Shown: positions 20,039 to 28,706 of the stretch, piece by piece | Numbering within the stretch: the first letter of the stretch is position 1 | How the letters are laid out: each line of letters begins with the position of its first letter | IMG/VR virus record: IMGVR_UViG_3300021185_003494 | Span: 256-64,255 of that record | Source of the DNA: a virus | DNA: 64,000 nucleotides | Reading direction: 5' to 3' (one strand) | Program-made: the position numbers and the translations under genes | The notes under the pieces: model-generated | Told to the model about the DNA's origin: nothing | The model's input: the letters and a program-made list of their open reading frames with translations, nothing else | Database searches by the model: none

Positions 20039-21231
20039 AGATTAACGATATTATTGTAGGAAATAAAAAGCGTAAACATAGAAATTCCCGCAAGCATAGA
20101 ATGGTCCAAAAAGACCTATATACTGCTGATCCTAAACATCTTGGCGAATCTAAAGGACGAGATATTAATCATTTAGAAGATTTGGTTGTATTTTATGGCT
20201 CAAAGGGTGGCAAAAAAGCTATAGATGTTTTAAAAAGTTTAGAAACCAGTCCTGAAAGTGTAACAATTAAATGGGATGGCAGACCAGCTGTTATTTTTGG
20301 TCGTAATGAACAGGGCGAATTTACACTTACTGACAAAAGTGGCTTTGGAGCCAAAACATATGATGGCAGAGTAACTAGTCCACAAGGATTAGAAAAAATG
20401 CTCAATGCACGTCCTGGTGCAAAAAATAATCCAGTAGGTCATCAAGAATTTGTAGGACAAATGACAGGTATATGGTCAGCATTTGAGTCTGCTACACCTC
20501 CAGATTTTAGAGGATATGTGCATGGTGATTTGATGTACTTTGATACTCCAACAAACAATAAAGGTAGATTAGAATTCCAACCAAATACAACTGTGTATAG
20601 TGTAGATCCAAGTAGTGAGATAGGACAAAAAATTGCTAACAGCAAAGTCGGTGTAGTACTACATGCCTATATAGACTTGGAAGGAAATAAATCTCAAGTA
20701 GATACAACAAAATTTTTAACAGGAGATTTGCTAATATTGCCTCCAGTAACATTAACCAATAGTCCTGATGTAGATAATAAGCAATTACAGCAATTGCAAT
20801 CTGTATTGAATAAAAATGCAAATAATATAGATAGTTTACTTAATGTTCCTGCAGAATTAAAAATGAAGGATTTTGCAAATATACTTTATACATATATCAA
20901 TAGTAGTGTAAAATCAGGAACCTTAAATAATTTAGGTAGACAAGATTTTATTAAATGGGTACAAGGAAGTAATATCAGTAACCCTAAAAAACAAAAATCA
21001 ACAGAATGGGCTGAGAAAAATGCTGCAGGGTTTGATAGTATGTTTGATTTTGTAATAGCAATAAAAACAGTAAAAAATAATATTATAGGACAATTAGATA
21101 ATCAGCCAGCTGAGATCGAAGCCTATACAGACGGAAAGCGTGGCGGAGAAGGTTACGTAGTGGGTAAAGACGTAAAGCTAGTTAATAGAGCAGGCTTTAC
21201 TGCAGCAAACTCAGCAAGGAATAATAATTAA
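20035..21231 (+). CDS. Ligase-fold nucleotidyltransferase-like protein (DUF6267-like)
   Basis: HLED, IKWDG (KxDG motif I), GDLMY, EGYV, VKLVNR. Confidence 0.55.
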   Translation: MKINDIIVGNKKRKHRNSRKHRMVQKDLYTADPKHLGESKGRDINHLEDLVVFYGSKGGKKAIDVLKSLETSPESVTIKWDGRPAVIFGRNEQGEFTLTDKSGFGAKTYDGRVTSPQGLEKMLNARPGAKNNPVGHQEFVGQMTGIWSAFESATPPDFRGYVHGDLMYFDTPTNNKGRLEFQPNTTVYSVDPSSEIGQKIANSKVGVVLHAYIDLEGNKSQVDTTKFLTGDLLILPPVTLTNSPDVDNKQLQQLQSVLNKNANNIDSLLNVPAELKMKDFANILYTYINSSVKSGTLNNLGRQDFIKWVQGSNISNPKKQKSTEWAEKNAAGFDSMFDFVIAIKTVKNNIIGQLDNQPAEIEAYTDGKRGGEGYVVGKDVKLVNRAGFTAANSARNNN

Positions 21232-21431
21232 TGTTTAGTGAACAATGCAAATTACATTTAGAAGAAAATAATATGACACGTTGGCAGCATTTCAAGCAAG
21301 CGATGTGGATATCTTGGCAGTTAGAAAAGGCAGCATATGCATGCTTTTTACATGCGTTTGCTCCTCGCTGGTTTAAAACATATGCATCAGATAAATGCAA
21401 ACAAGTAACAGAGGTTAAAAATAATGGCTGA
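21231..21431 (+). CDS. Small conserved protein (DUF6356-like)
   Basis: HLEENNMTRWQHF...FLHAFAP pattern. Confidence 0.45.
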   Translation: MFSEQCKLHLEENNMTRWQHFKQAMWISWQLEKAAYACFLHAFAPRWFKTYASDKCKQVTEVKNNG

Positions 21432-22176
21432 AAAATATACACTACAACAATATGCAGCAATGCAAGGAGGCCATGAAATGGAACAAGACTCTAACAATCT
21501 TAGTTTTATAGAATCTTTGGGCGAAGCACGTATGTATAAAACAAGAAATCAAATTAAAAGCGATGGCGCAAGAGGCATAACAGATCATGTGTTTATGAGC
21601 ATGATGAGTCTGTACGCCATGTCTAATGATTATGAATATGCACCAGTAGCAAAAGAGTATGCAAAAAGAACTATACAACGAGGAAACTTTGGATCTCCAA
21701 GTCCAAGTGGCACTGACTTGTATCAAACATTGTTTACACTTAAAAAGCCTAATGGAATTTTAGGTGGGGAAAAAGATAGCCTACTATTAAACAAAGTTAA
21801 AGTAAACGATGCTCGTATTAAGCAATTTATGCAAGGTATACAAAACGGTAATGTCACAAGTGGCCAAGCCAAGGCATTCTTTTTTAAAATGGAAAAAGAT
21901 TTGGCAATACAGGATCCAAAACTAAGGGCTACTAGAAGATTAGTACAGGATTGGCCAACACTCACTACTGCACAACGACAGCTAGTAGGAACACAAATAA
22001 CTAAATATTTTAGAACGAGTGCAAGGCGTAGCGATATTGCTCCTCTAATGAATACATTTATAAGTAAAAATAATCTTGCTATTGCACCTAGTAAAGTTGG
22101 TAAGGTTGCACGTAGAGTTGCACGTGGTGCAGGTGCGTTTGCAGCAGGTTATGCCGCAGGTAAATTAATTAAATAA
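21424..22176 (+). CDS. Putative virion protein
   Basis: In late operon; basic Ala/Gly-rich C-terminus. Confidence 0.45.
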   Translation: MAEKYTLQQYAAMQGGHEMEQDSNNLSFIESLGEARMYKTRNQIKSDGARGITDHVFMSMMSLYAMSNDYEYAPVAKEYAKRTIQRGNFGSPSPSGTDLYQTLFTLKKPNGILGGEKDSLLLNKVKVNDARIKQFMQGIQNGNVTSGQAKAFFFKMEKDLAIQDPKLRATRRLVQDWPTLTTAQRQLVGTQITKYFRTSARRSDIAPLMNTFISKNNLAIAPSKVGKVARRVARGAGAFAAGYAAGKLIK

Positions 22177-22186
22177 GGTAGGAAAA

Positions 22187-22618
22187 TTGCAAAAAATAGA
22201 TGGTGATGAAGTATATACCATCCATACTCTAATAGATATTACTAATTCAGGAGTAATTACTCCCAAGAGTGATCATATAGGATTTCATCAAGAACAAAAT
22301 TTAAATACATTCCTACAGATTATAGGAATGCGTACACAAGTTCTGAATTATAAAATAGACATAAAAAAACGTACAAAATTAGAAAAATATAACTTTGGTT
22401 CATTATTTAATAAAACAAGTACTGTGTGGTCTCTTATGTTTGTGCCAGAAGCTACATTCCCGTGGAATAAAGAAGGAAATATTACCGAGCTGTTATACCA
22501 AGATTTTAACTATATGCCCATACATACTGGCTTAGAAGAAAAATCAAAATTTAATCCAGAGCAAGTGGATACATATTCGCCTGAATATAAAAACACATGC
22601 TTTCAATATCATGAATAG
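22187..22618 (+). CDS. Hypothetical protein (TTG start)
   Basis: AGGA SD before TTG. Confidence 0.55.
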   Translation: MQKIDGDEVYTIHTLIDITNSGVITPKSDHIGFHQEQNLNTFLQIIGMRTQVLNYKIDIKKRTKLEKYNFGSLFNKTSTVWSLMFVPEATFPWNKEGNITELLYQDFNYMPIHTGLEEKSKFNPEQVDTYSPEYKNTCFQYHE

Positions 22619-22701
22619 GCATAAATACAAGTATAGTTAGTATCAAGAGGTACTACGGATAAATCAGCTCATTAAGACGCTGCCGTAAAAGGAATCTTAA
22701 A

Positions 22702-22968
22702 ATGGCAATGCAACAGTCAAGACTAGAGCGTGAAAATCTAGAAGCACATGTAGACTTATGTGCAGAGAGGTATCGCGTGTTAGAAGAAAATTTAAAACGG
22801 TTAGAGTCTAAGGTAGACACATTAGCACACAATGTAGGTAAGATGGCAGATAAACAAAATTTAGAAAAAAATAGTAATAATAAAGTGGTATTGGGGGCAG
22901 CAGCAACAATTATAATGGGCTTATTGTCAACAGTAGTATTATTACTATTAAACCTACAGGCGGTTTAA
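22702..22968 (+). CDS. Coiled-coil protein with C-terminal TM segment (holin-like architecture)
   Basis: Heptad region plus VVLGAAATIIMGLLSTVVLLLL; CATAAATA at 22620-22627. Confidence 0.45.
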   Translation: MAMQQSRLERENLEAHVDLCAERYRVLEENLKRLESKVDTLAHNVGKMADKQNLEKNSNNKVVLGAAATIIMGLLSTVVLLLLNLQAV

Positions 22969-22969
22969 T

Positions 22970-23260
22970 ATGATACTTAATGAGTCATATAATACTATTG
23001 TTACAGAAGCAAAGGTAGTTTTTGCAAGACGTGGACGTACAGTTACTACAAAATTTAGATGTACAGTAGGCGCTAGAGCAGGTAGAGTAGTAAGCAATCC
23101 TAGCCAATGCGCCGCACCTATTGATCTTAAAAAACGTTTTGTTTTAAAGAGAACAAAGATGGCAAAAGGTGCTCGTATGATGAAAAAAGCACAACGCACT
23201 AAGCGAGTTAACCCAGCGAGTAAAATTGTAGCAAGATTAAATAAGAGTAGAAGAAGATGA
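22970..23260 (+). CDS. Basic hypothetical virion protein
   Basis: Lys/Arg-rich ORF in late operon. Confidence 0.5.
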   Translation: MILNESYNTIVTEAKVVFARRGRTVTTKFRCTVGARAGRVVSNPSQCAAPIDLKKRFVLKRTKMAKGARMMKKAQRTKRVNPASKIVARLNKSRRR

Positions 23261-23748
23261 AACTTATAAGCGGTAATTTAGTTAAGACAGTAATTCAATT
23301 TGCTAAAGAACATTTTGATCATGATCTAGATGAAAAAGAAGTATCTAAGATTGTACGTGGTCTGTCTTTTAGTGATAATATGAATTTAGCAGGTGCGCTA
23401 AAAGATGATGATGTTAATTCATTTTCAGATTTTTTTAGCTTAACAGATGTAGAAGAAGCAATAACACCATATGGTGCCCAAAACGCTCAACAGCGTTCTA
23501 TGAATACAAAACAGCAAAATGCCAATAGACGTGCAAATAACGCACAGCAGGACGCCAATAGAGATGCAACTGCAAAAGGTAGAGAAATAGCTGGTAACAA
23601 TAAACAACGAACCGGAGTACCTTCACCACCACCACCAACAGACGTGCGTGGTATGAACACTAATAATATTAATTCTAATTCAGCGGAAATAGGACGAAAT
23701 AGGGAAGAGCTTGAACGGTTGAAACAACTTGCATTTGGGAGACGTTAA
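23257..23748 (+). CDS. Hypothetical virion protein
   Basis: Coupled ORF with Q/N-rich disordered C-half. Confidence 0.5.
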   Translation: MKLISGNLVKTVIQFAKEHFDHDLDEKEVSKIVRGLSFSDNMNLAGALKDDDVNSFSDFFSLTDVEEAITPYGAQNAQQRSMNTKQQNANRRANNAQQDANRDATAKGREIAGNNKQRTGVPSPPPPTDVRGMNTNNINSNSAEIGRNREELERLKQLAFGRR

Positions 23749-23954
23749 TGAAAAATTTAATGGCTCCAGGTGGCATTCCTACGTTTGTAAGTTTACACGA
23801 AAATGAAGTGTACGAAAACTTAATGGATAAAACATGCAAAGATGAATTAAATGATCGAGACGCTTATCTAATGCAAAACCTTGTTAACAAGGGGTTAGTT
23901 AAACGAGTAATAGAAAATAAAAAAGTTTATTTTATGAGAAGAAGTGGAATATAA
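23748..23954 (+). CDS. Hypothetical protein (possible winged-helix-like)
   Basis: TAATG-coupled; LVNKGLVKR. Confidence 0.5.
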   Translation: MKNLMAPGGIPTFVSLHENEVYENLMDKTCKDELNDRDAYLMQNLVNKGLVKRVIENKKVYFMRRSGI

Positions 23955-23955
23955 A

Positions 23956-24546
23956 ATGTCACAAGAATCACAAGAAATGTTAAAAATATTACAGAACTTA
24001 GAAAATGCACAGCATAAAGAGCCATCTGTACATCCAGATGGTACTACTATTCCTGGTAATGTTTCTAACAATGCAACAGAAATGTATAATATTTTATCAA
24101 AATTACAAAATGCAGCAGAAGATGCAACTAAAAAAGTTGTAAACGAATCTAAAGCTAATCCAGAATTAAGTGCAGCTAATATTAAAGAAAATAATATTAA
24201 TATTAATGGACAGTATAGTATTGACATTGTTAAAAAGAGAGTTGCTGAAGGTATTAGTAAAAAGTTTTATAATATATCAGATACATCTGGTGTAATATAT
24301 CAGGATATTTGTTTATTTGAAAGTGCTATGGGCATAGTTAAGTCTCTTATGAATGATAACACAAAATTAAATAAAATTTTAGATTTAGACGGGCGTTACG
24401 GATCACATCTTGCAGAGGCAGCTATGTATAAAGTAAAAGTTAGAACTTTAAACGAACAATTTAAAAAAGATATTGCACTAGCAAAACAAACGTCTGCGCT
24501 GTCTAAAATGAATGCTTACAAAAAGCAAATAAAGAATTTACTGTAG
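23956..24546 (+). CDS. Hypothetical virion protein
   Basis: ATG immediately after the previous stop. Confidence 0.5.
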   Translation: MSQESQEMLKILQNLENAQHKEPSVHPDGTTIPGNVSNNATEMYNILSKLQNAAEDATKKVVNESKANPELSAANIKENNININGQYSIDIVKKRVAEGISKKFYNISDTSGVIYQDICLFESAMGIVKSLMNDNTKLNKILDLDGRYGSHLAEAAMYKVKVRTLNEQFKKDIALAKQTSALSKMNAYKKQIKNLL

Positions 24547-24600
24547 TGTTTTTTCAAAAAAACGATAAATACAATATAACTTAATTATAGGGGTAACAAA

Positions 24601-25314
24601 ATGAATTTAACTCAATTACAAGAAAATCGTGTTAATACCGTTAATAGAGTACTAAAAGATTTATTTGGTACAAATATTAACTTTAATGCAGATACAAAAA
24701 AACTAAAAACTATGTACGAATCTACACAGGGCAAAATTAATAAACTTCGCTCTAATGGTATAGACGTTACAGACAAAGACTTCCAGAAACTATTATTAAT
24801 TGCAGAGGGTTTTGAATCTGTATTAGAAGAAAGAAATCTTACAGAGTCAGCAGATCTTGACACAGCAGAAGTATTATTAGCTGCAAAACAAATGGCAGAT
24901 GATTTACAAAAAATGGCAGAAAACTTAGCAAGTATGCAAGTTGAAGACCTAATGAGTATAACAAATGCTATGAAAGAGGAAGTTGGTCCAGAAGAAGCGG
25001 AAGCATTTAACCAAGCAGCTGAATCAGCAATTAGTGGCGCACTAGAAGCAGTCAAGTCAGCTAATGAAGGTGTTAGTAACGCAGTATTAGCGGCACAAGG
25101 CCAAGCACCAGTATCAACAGATATGGATGCACCAATGGATGCACCAATGGATGCACCAGCACCTAGTGATGACATGGATGTAGATGTTGATATGGGAGAT
25201 GATTTTGGTGGTGCAGATGCTGCAGACGACATGAGTGATGCAGAAGGCAGAGAAATGAAAGAGTCCGTTTCTAAGCAAGATCTTAAAGCTAAGTTTGCAA
25301 AGTTAAAAAAATAA
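24601..25314 (+). CDS. Putative prohead core/scaffold-like protein
   Basis: GATAAATA (24564-24571); acidic helical protein with MDAP repeats. Confidence 0.45.
   Translation: MNLTQLQENRVNTVNRVLKDLFGTNINFNADTKKLKTMYESTQGKINKLRSNGIDVTDKDFQKLLLIAEGFESVLEERNLTESADLDTAEVLLAAKQMADDLQKMAENLASMQVEDLMSITNAMKEEVGPEEAEAFNQAAESAISGALEAVKSANEGVSNAVLAAQGQAPVSTDMDAPMDAPMDAPAPSDDMDVDVDMGDDFGGADAADDMSDAEGREMKESVSKQDLKAKFAKLKK
25131..25157 (+). repeat. In-frame 12-bp tandem repeat (ATGGATGCACCA x3, MDAP); coordinates approximate
   Basis: atggatgcaccaatggatgcaccaatggatgcacca seen directly. Confidence 0.7.
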
Positions 25315-25622
25315 TGCGCTATTCAGATCTAATAAAAGATCAAGTGTTGGATCTAGTAACAATGTTGGATGCAGAGGGACTTAATACTGTTTCTTTAGAC
25401 GCATTGATTGACGAACTACAGAAATCTGGACACGATACAGATAGTAGTACACTTATATCTTTATTAGATAGCTTAGATATTGTTGACAATGTATCAAACG
25501 GTATAGTTCATTTCCATGGTGGAGAAAACGATGGAAATAATGATGAACCAGATCCAGAACAACAAGACAATAAGATTGACAAGATGGCTCGTAAGCAAGT
25601 AAAGAAAGAGTTAGGTAAATGA
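25314..25622 (+). CDS. Hypothetical acidic protein
   Basis: TAATG-coupled. Confidence 0.55.
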   Translation: MRYSDLIKDQVLDLVTMLDAEGLNTVSLDALIDELQKSGHDTDSSTLISLLDSLDIVDNVSNGIVHFHGGENDGNNDEPDPEQQDNKIDKMARKQVKKELGK

Positions 25623-25957
25623 CTATAGGATTAAATGCAGCCCAGGCTAGAGCAAAAAGTTCTCAAGACATGATTGTGTTTGAAGAACAAACTGCTATTA
25701 TGAGACAAATTATAACAGACAGTGGCCTAGGTAAATTTGAAAGCTATGTAATTGATGGCACTACAATGACGGAAAGTACCCCTTCAACGTCAACAAGTGA
25801 ATCATACTTTAATTCTTGGCAGGGATCTATTGTTGATAGAGCCCTTGTTAATCAAATGAATGCAGTTGAAAGGTACTTTAGTGGACTTGGATACAAAATT
25901 GAACGCATAACAAACACAACTACACAAACAACCTTTAAGTGGCATATCTTCTGGTAA
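25619..25957 (+). CDS. Hypothetical virion protein
   Basis: ATGA-coupled. Confidence 0.55.
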   Translation: MTIGLNAAQARAKSSQDMIVFEEQTAIMRQIITDSGLGKFESYVIDGTTMTESTPSTSTSESYFNSWQGSIVDRALVNQMNAVERYFSGLGYKIERITNTTTQTTFKWHIFW

Positions 25958-26758
25958 ATGACTAAAAAAATTGCATTTATAGGTTGTAGCCATTTTTCCT
26001 GCTTTCAATGTAGGGGAATGATAGGCAAAGATAGTTGGACATGGCAAATGTCACAAAAATACCCACAGCACCAATATAGAAATTATAGCGAAGGCGGAAG
26101 AGGCTTGGAGTACTTTGAATGGTGCATGCAAGACGCTAAACGGTGGGGAGCTGATACTGTCTTTTTAAATAGATCATATTCAGGAAGATGGGCATTTTTA
26201 TTAGATGCTAAAAATGATCATGATTTTGACTCTAAAAGCTATTTTAAAGATTTGTTTGATTTTCATACAGAGCCGTACGGTGAAAATTGGGAAGAAGCGA
26301 ATCTAACTGTTCCTTATCTTTGGGGAAATATAAGTGGTAGGGTAGAAGTATCTAGCGGATGTCATACTTCTAAGGAAGTAACTGGTTTAATTAAAATGGG
26401 ACAGGATCTTTACAAAAACTACTATAGCACTTATGCAAGAAGGGCGTATGAGGATATTTGGTATACTAATATATTAAGCAATCAACTGTTTGATAATTTG
26501 TTTGTATTACATTGGTCTCCTGAGCATAACATATGGTCAAAAGGCCCAGTGCCAAAAACAACAGTTACTACTAATATAGGATTTGAAACAGTTATAGACT
26601 TCTTAAAAGTGTATGCTGGTGTCAACCATGAACACGAGCTAGTAGAACATGGTATTGAGAAATCTAAAGATGATAATCATCTAACATTTAAAGGTAATAA
26701 GATACTGTTGGAAGAATACATTTTATCGCAGGAAGATGTAATAAAAGCATTGACTTGA
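25958..26758 (+). CDS. SGNH-like protein
   Basis: AFIGCSHFS block I, NYSEGGRG block II, DDNHLT DxxH. Confidence 0.6.
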   Translation: MTKKIAFIGCSHFSCFQCRGMIGKDSWTWQMSQKYPQHQYRNYSEGGRGLEYFEWCMQDAKRWGADTVFLNRSYSGRWAFLLDAKNDHDFDSKSYFKDLFDFHTEPYGENWEEANLTVPYLWGNISGRVEVSSGCHTSKEVTGLIKMGQDLYKNYYSTYARRAYEDIWYTNILSNQLFDNLFVLHWSPEHNIWSKGPVPKTTVTTNIGFETVIDFLKVYAGVNHEHELVEHGIEKSKDDNHLTFKGNKILLEEYILSQEDVIKALT

Positions 26759-26783
26759 CCGTGTATATATAATACAATACGGT

Positions 26784-27455
26784 ATGTTAAAATTAAATAC
26801 CCCCTATCCCTATCAAGAATTAAAAAGGAAGAGTGTAGATGGCAAGCGTCTCTACGAAAATCCCTATGGTGAACCGGTACCTAGTGTTACAACTATACTG
26901 GATAAAACAAAGCCCAAAGAAAAAAGACAAGCCCTTGCGAACTGGAAAAAACGTGTGGGTGTGGAAAATGCTCAAAAAATAACAACAGAAGCTGCAAATG
27001 TTGGCACTATTATGCACAACATGTTAGAGTCCTGGTCCAAAAATGAAGAATATACCGGTGATAATTTGCTACAAGCAAAGCTAATGGCAGAAAAAGTAAA
27101 AACAAGTATTCAAGACAATATAGATGAAGTGTGGGGAAGCGAAGTTAATTTGTGTGCAGCAAATTTATATGCTGGCACAACAGACCTGGTTGGTATGTAT
27201 AAAGGTAAGCCAACTATTATGGACTTTAAGCAAACCAACAAACCCAAAAAGCGTGAATGGATTGACGATTATTTCCTGCAAGGTGCCGCATATGCATTAG
27301 CACATAATGAAATGTTTGAAACAAAAATAGAAAGCATTGCAATTTTCATGTGTAGCAGAGATTGCAATTTTCAGCTGTTTGAAGTTGAAGGAAAAGAATT
27401 TTATACGTGGGCAGAAAAATGGGGCGAAAGACTAGTAGAATTTTATAGCATGTAG
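26784..27455 (+). CDS. Cas4-like/PD-(D/E)XK exonuclease
   Basis: VPSVTTIL, GTIMH, YAGTTDLV, IMDFK, YFLQGAAYA. Confidence 0.85.
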   Translation: MLKLNTPYPYQELKRKSVDGKRLYENPYGEPVPSVTTILDKTKPKEKRQALANWKKRVGVENAQKITTEAANVGTIMHNMLESWSKNEEYTGDNLLQAKLMAEKVKTSIQDNIDEVWGSEVNLCAANLYAGTTDLVGMYKGKPTIMDFKQTNKPKKREWIDDYFLQGAAYALAHNEMFETKIESIAIFMCSRDCNFQLFEVEGKEFYTWAEKWGERLVEFYSM

Positions 27456-27489
27456 CATAAATACATGATACAGATAAGGTATGTAAAAA

Positions 27490-28260
27490 ATGTCAACAAC
27501 AATTATTAGCAAACAATTAATTAGAAAAGGCAATCTAATGCAGATGCCATTCTTGTCACCTGGTGAGTTTGGATTAGCAAAAGATGAGCAACGTCTATTT
27601 TTAGGTCAAGAACCTATTGTGGGAACACTTAGCACAGTAAACAGTGATGCGACTGTAGCATATGTAGATTTTCCTACAAAATTTAATTCAGCAAGTAAAA
27701 GTGTAGATATTGACAAAGCATATCAAAGTTCATATAAAATTGTAATTGTTGATGACCAAGGAGTATCAACAGAAATATTAGCAGCTGATATCAATACTGA
27801 TAGTAATGGGATGCTTTATTTTCCACATGGATTGGGAGTGGTACCTAGTACAGAAACTTTTACATTTTATTGGAACAAGGAAATTACTAGTTATGTAGAT
27901 GATGATGGAAGTGCAGATGGATTAAAAGCCGTAGAGCTTACTAAACAAGGTCCTGCAGGAACTACAGAATCTACAAATATTGTCTTTCATAGTGATGTGA
28001 AAAATAAAATTTCATTAGAGTATAGCTTAAATATTCCAGCCACAGCTGAATTTAGAAGTGGCACACTGAATATTTTTATACAAGATAACAACACATTTAC
28101 TATTAAAGACAGTTATGACATGAATGGAGCAGTACTAGATGTAGACTTTAGTATTGATCCGCTTAATAAAGAATTTACACTAATGTATGATACTACATAT
28201 GTAGGAACCATACTTTTCAACTATATTGAAAAATCTTTTGAAACCCTAACGTCTCTGTAG
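27490..28260 (+). CDS. Putative tail/baseplate structural protein
   Basis: CATAAATA (27456-27463); PGEFGLAKDEQRLFLG resembles tail protein N-termini. Confidence 0.5.
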   Translation: MSTTIISKQLIRKGNLMQMPFLSPGEFGLAKDEQRLFLGQEPIVGTLSTVNSDATVAYVDFPTKFNSASKSVDIDKAYQSSYKIVIVDDQGVSTEILAADINTDSNGMLYFPHGLGVVPSTETFTFYWNKEITSYVDDDGSADGLKAVELTKQGPAGTTESTNIVFHSDVKNKISLEYSLNIPATAEFRSGTLNIFIQDNNTFTIKDSYDMNGAVLDVDFSIDPLNKEFTLMYDTTYVGTILFNYIEKSFETLTSL

Positions 28261-28266
28261 GTAAAA

Positions 28267-28698
28267 ATGCACGATATTTGGCTTTTGCCACCTCAACAGC
28301 GCCTTAAAAAATGGAGAAATTTTAGGAAAGAATTGTCTGACTGTGATACAAAAACAGTCATAAAGGCTTGTCTGGATATGTGGGTATCTGCCCCCATTGC
28401 ATCAAGATTTTTAGATATACACAATAGTAGCTCTTGGTTAAAGCCTTGGGATCTTGTATGGTCTGGAGACTTTGATGAAGACTCAATTACGCTAGGATTG
28501 GCATATACTTTGTATTTGTCAGGAATAGAAAATACTAATATTCTTGTTGTTATAGATGACAAGAAAACATTTGAAAAGTTAATTGTTGTTATTGACAATG
28601 AACATGTTTTGCGCTATAGTTATAGTGGTGTCAGTAGTATTGACGTTCTATCTAGTGTAACTATAAAAAATGAAGTAAGAATAAAAGATATAATTTGA
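28267..28698 (+). CDS. Conserved hypothetical protein
   Basis: Operon position; W-rich N-half. Confidence 0.55.
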   Translation: MHDIWLLPPQQRLKKWRNFRKELSDCDTKTVIKACLDMWVSAPIASRFLDIHNSSSWLKPWDLVWSGDFDEDSITLGLAYTLYLSGIENTNILVVIDDKKTFEKLIVVIDNEHVLRYSYSGVSSIDVLSSVTIKNEVRIKDII

Positions 28699-28706
28699 GA
28701 GATGAA

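Noticed and set aside
25131-25157. MDAP tandem repeat as a contingency locus
   Set aside because: An in-frame 12-mer in a disordered linker cannot phase-vary the gene.
26784-27455. CRISPR-Cas locus from the Cas4-like gene
   Set aside because: No repeat-spacer array or other cas genes were seen; solo Cas4-like nucleases are common in phages.
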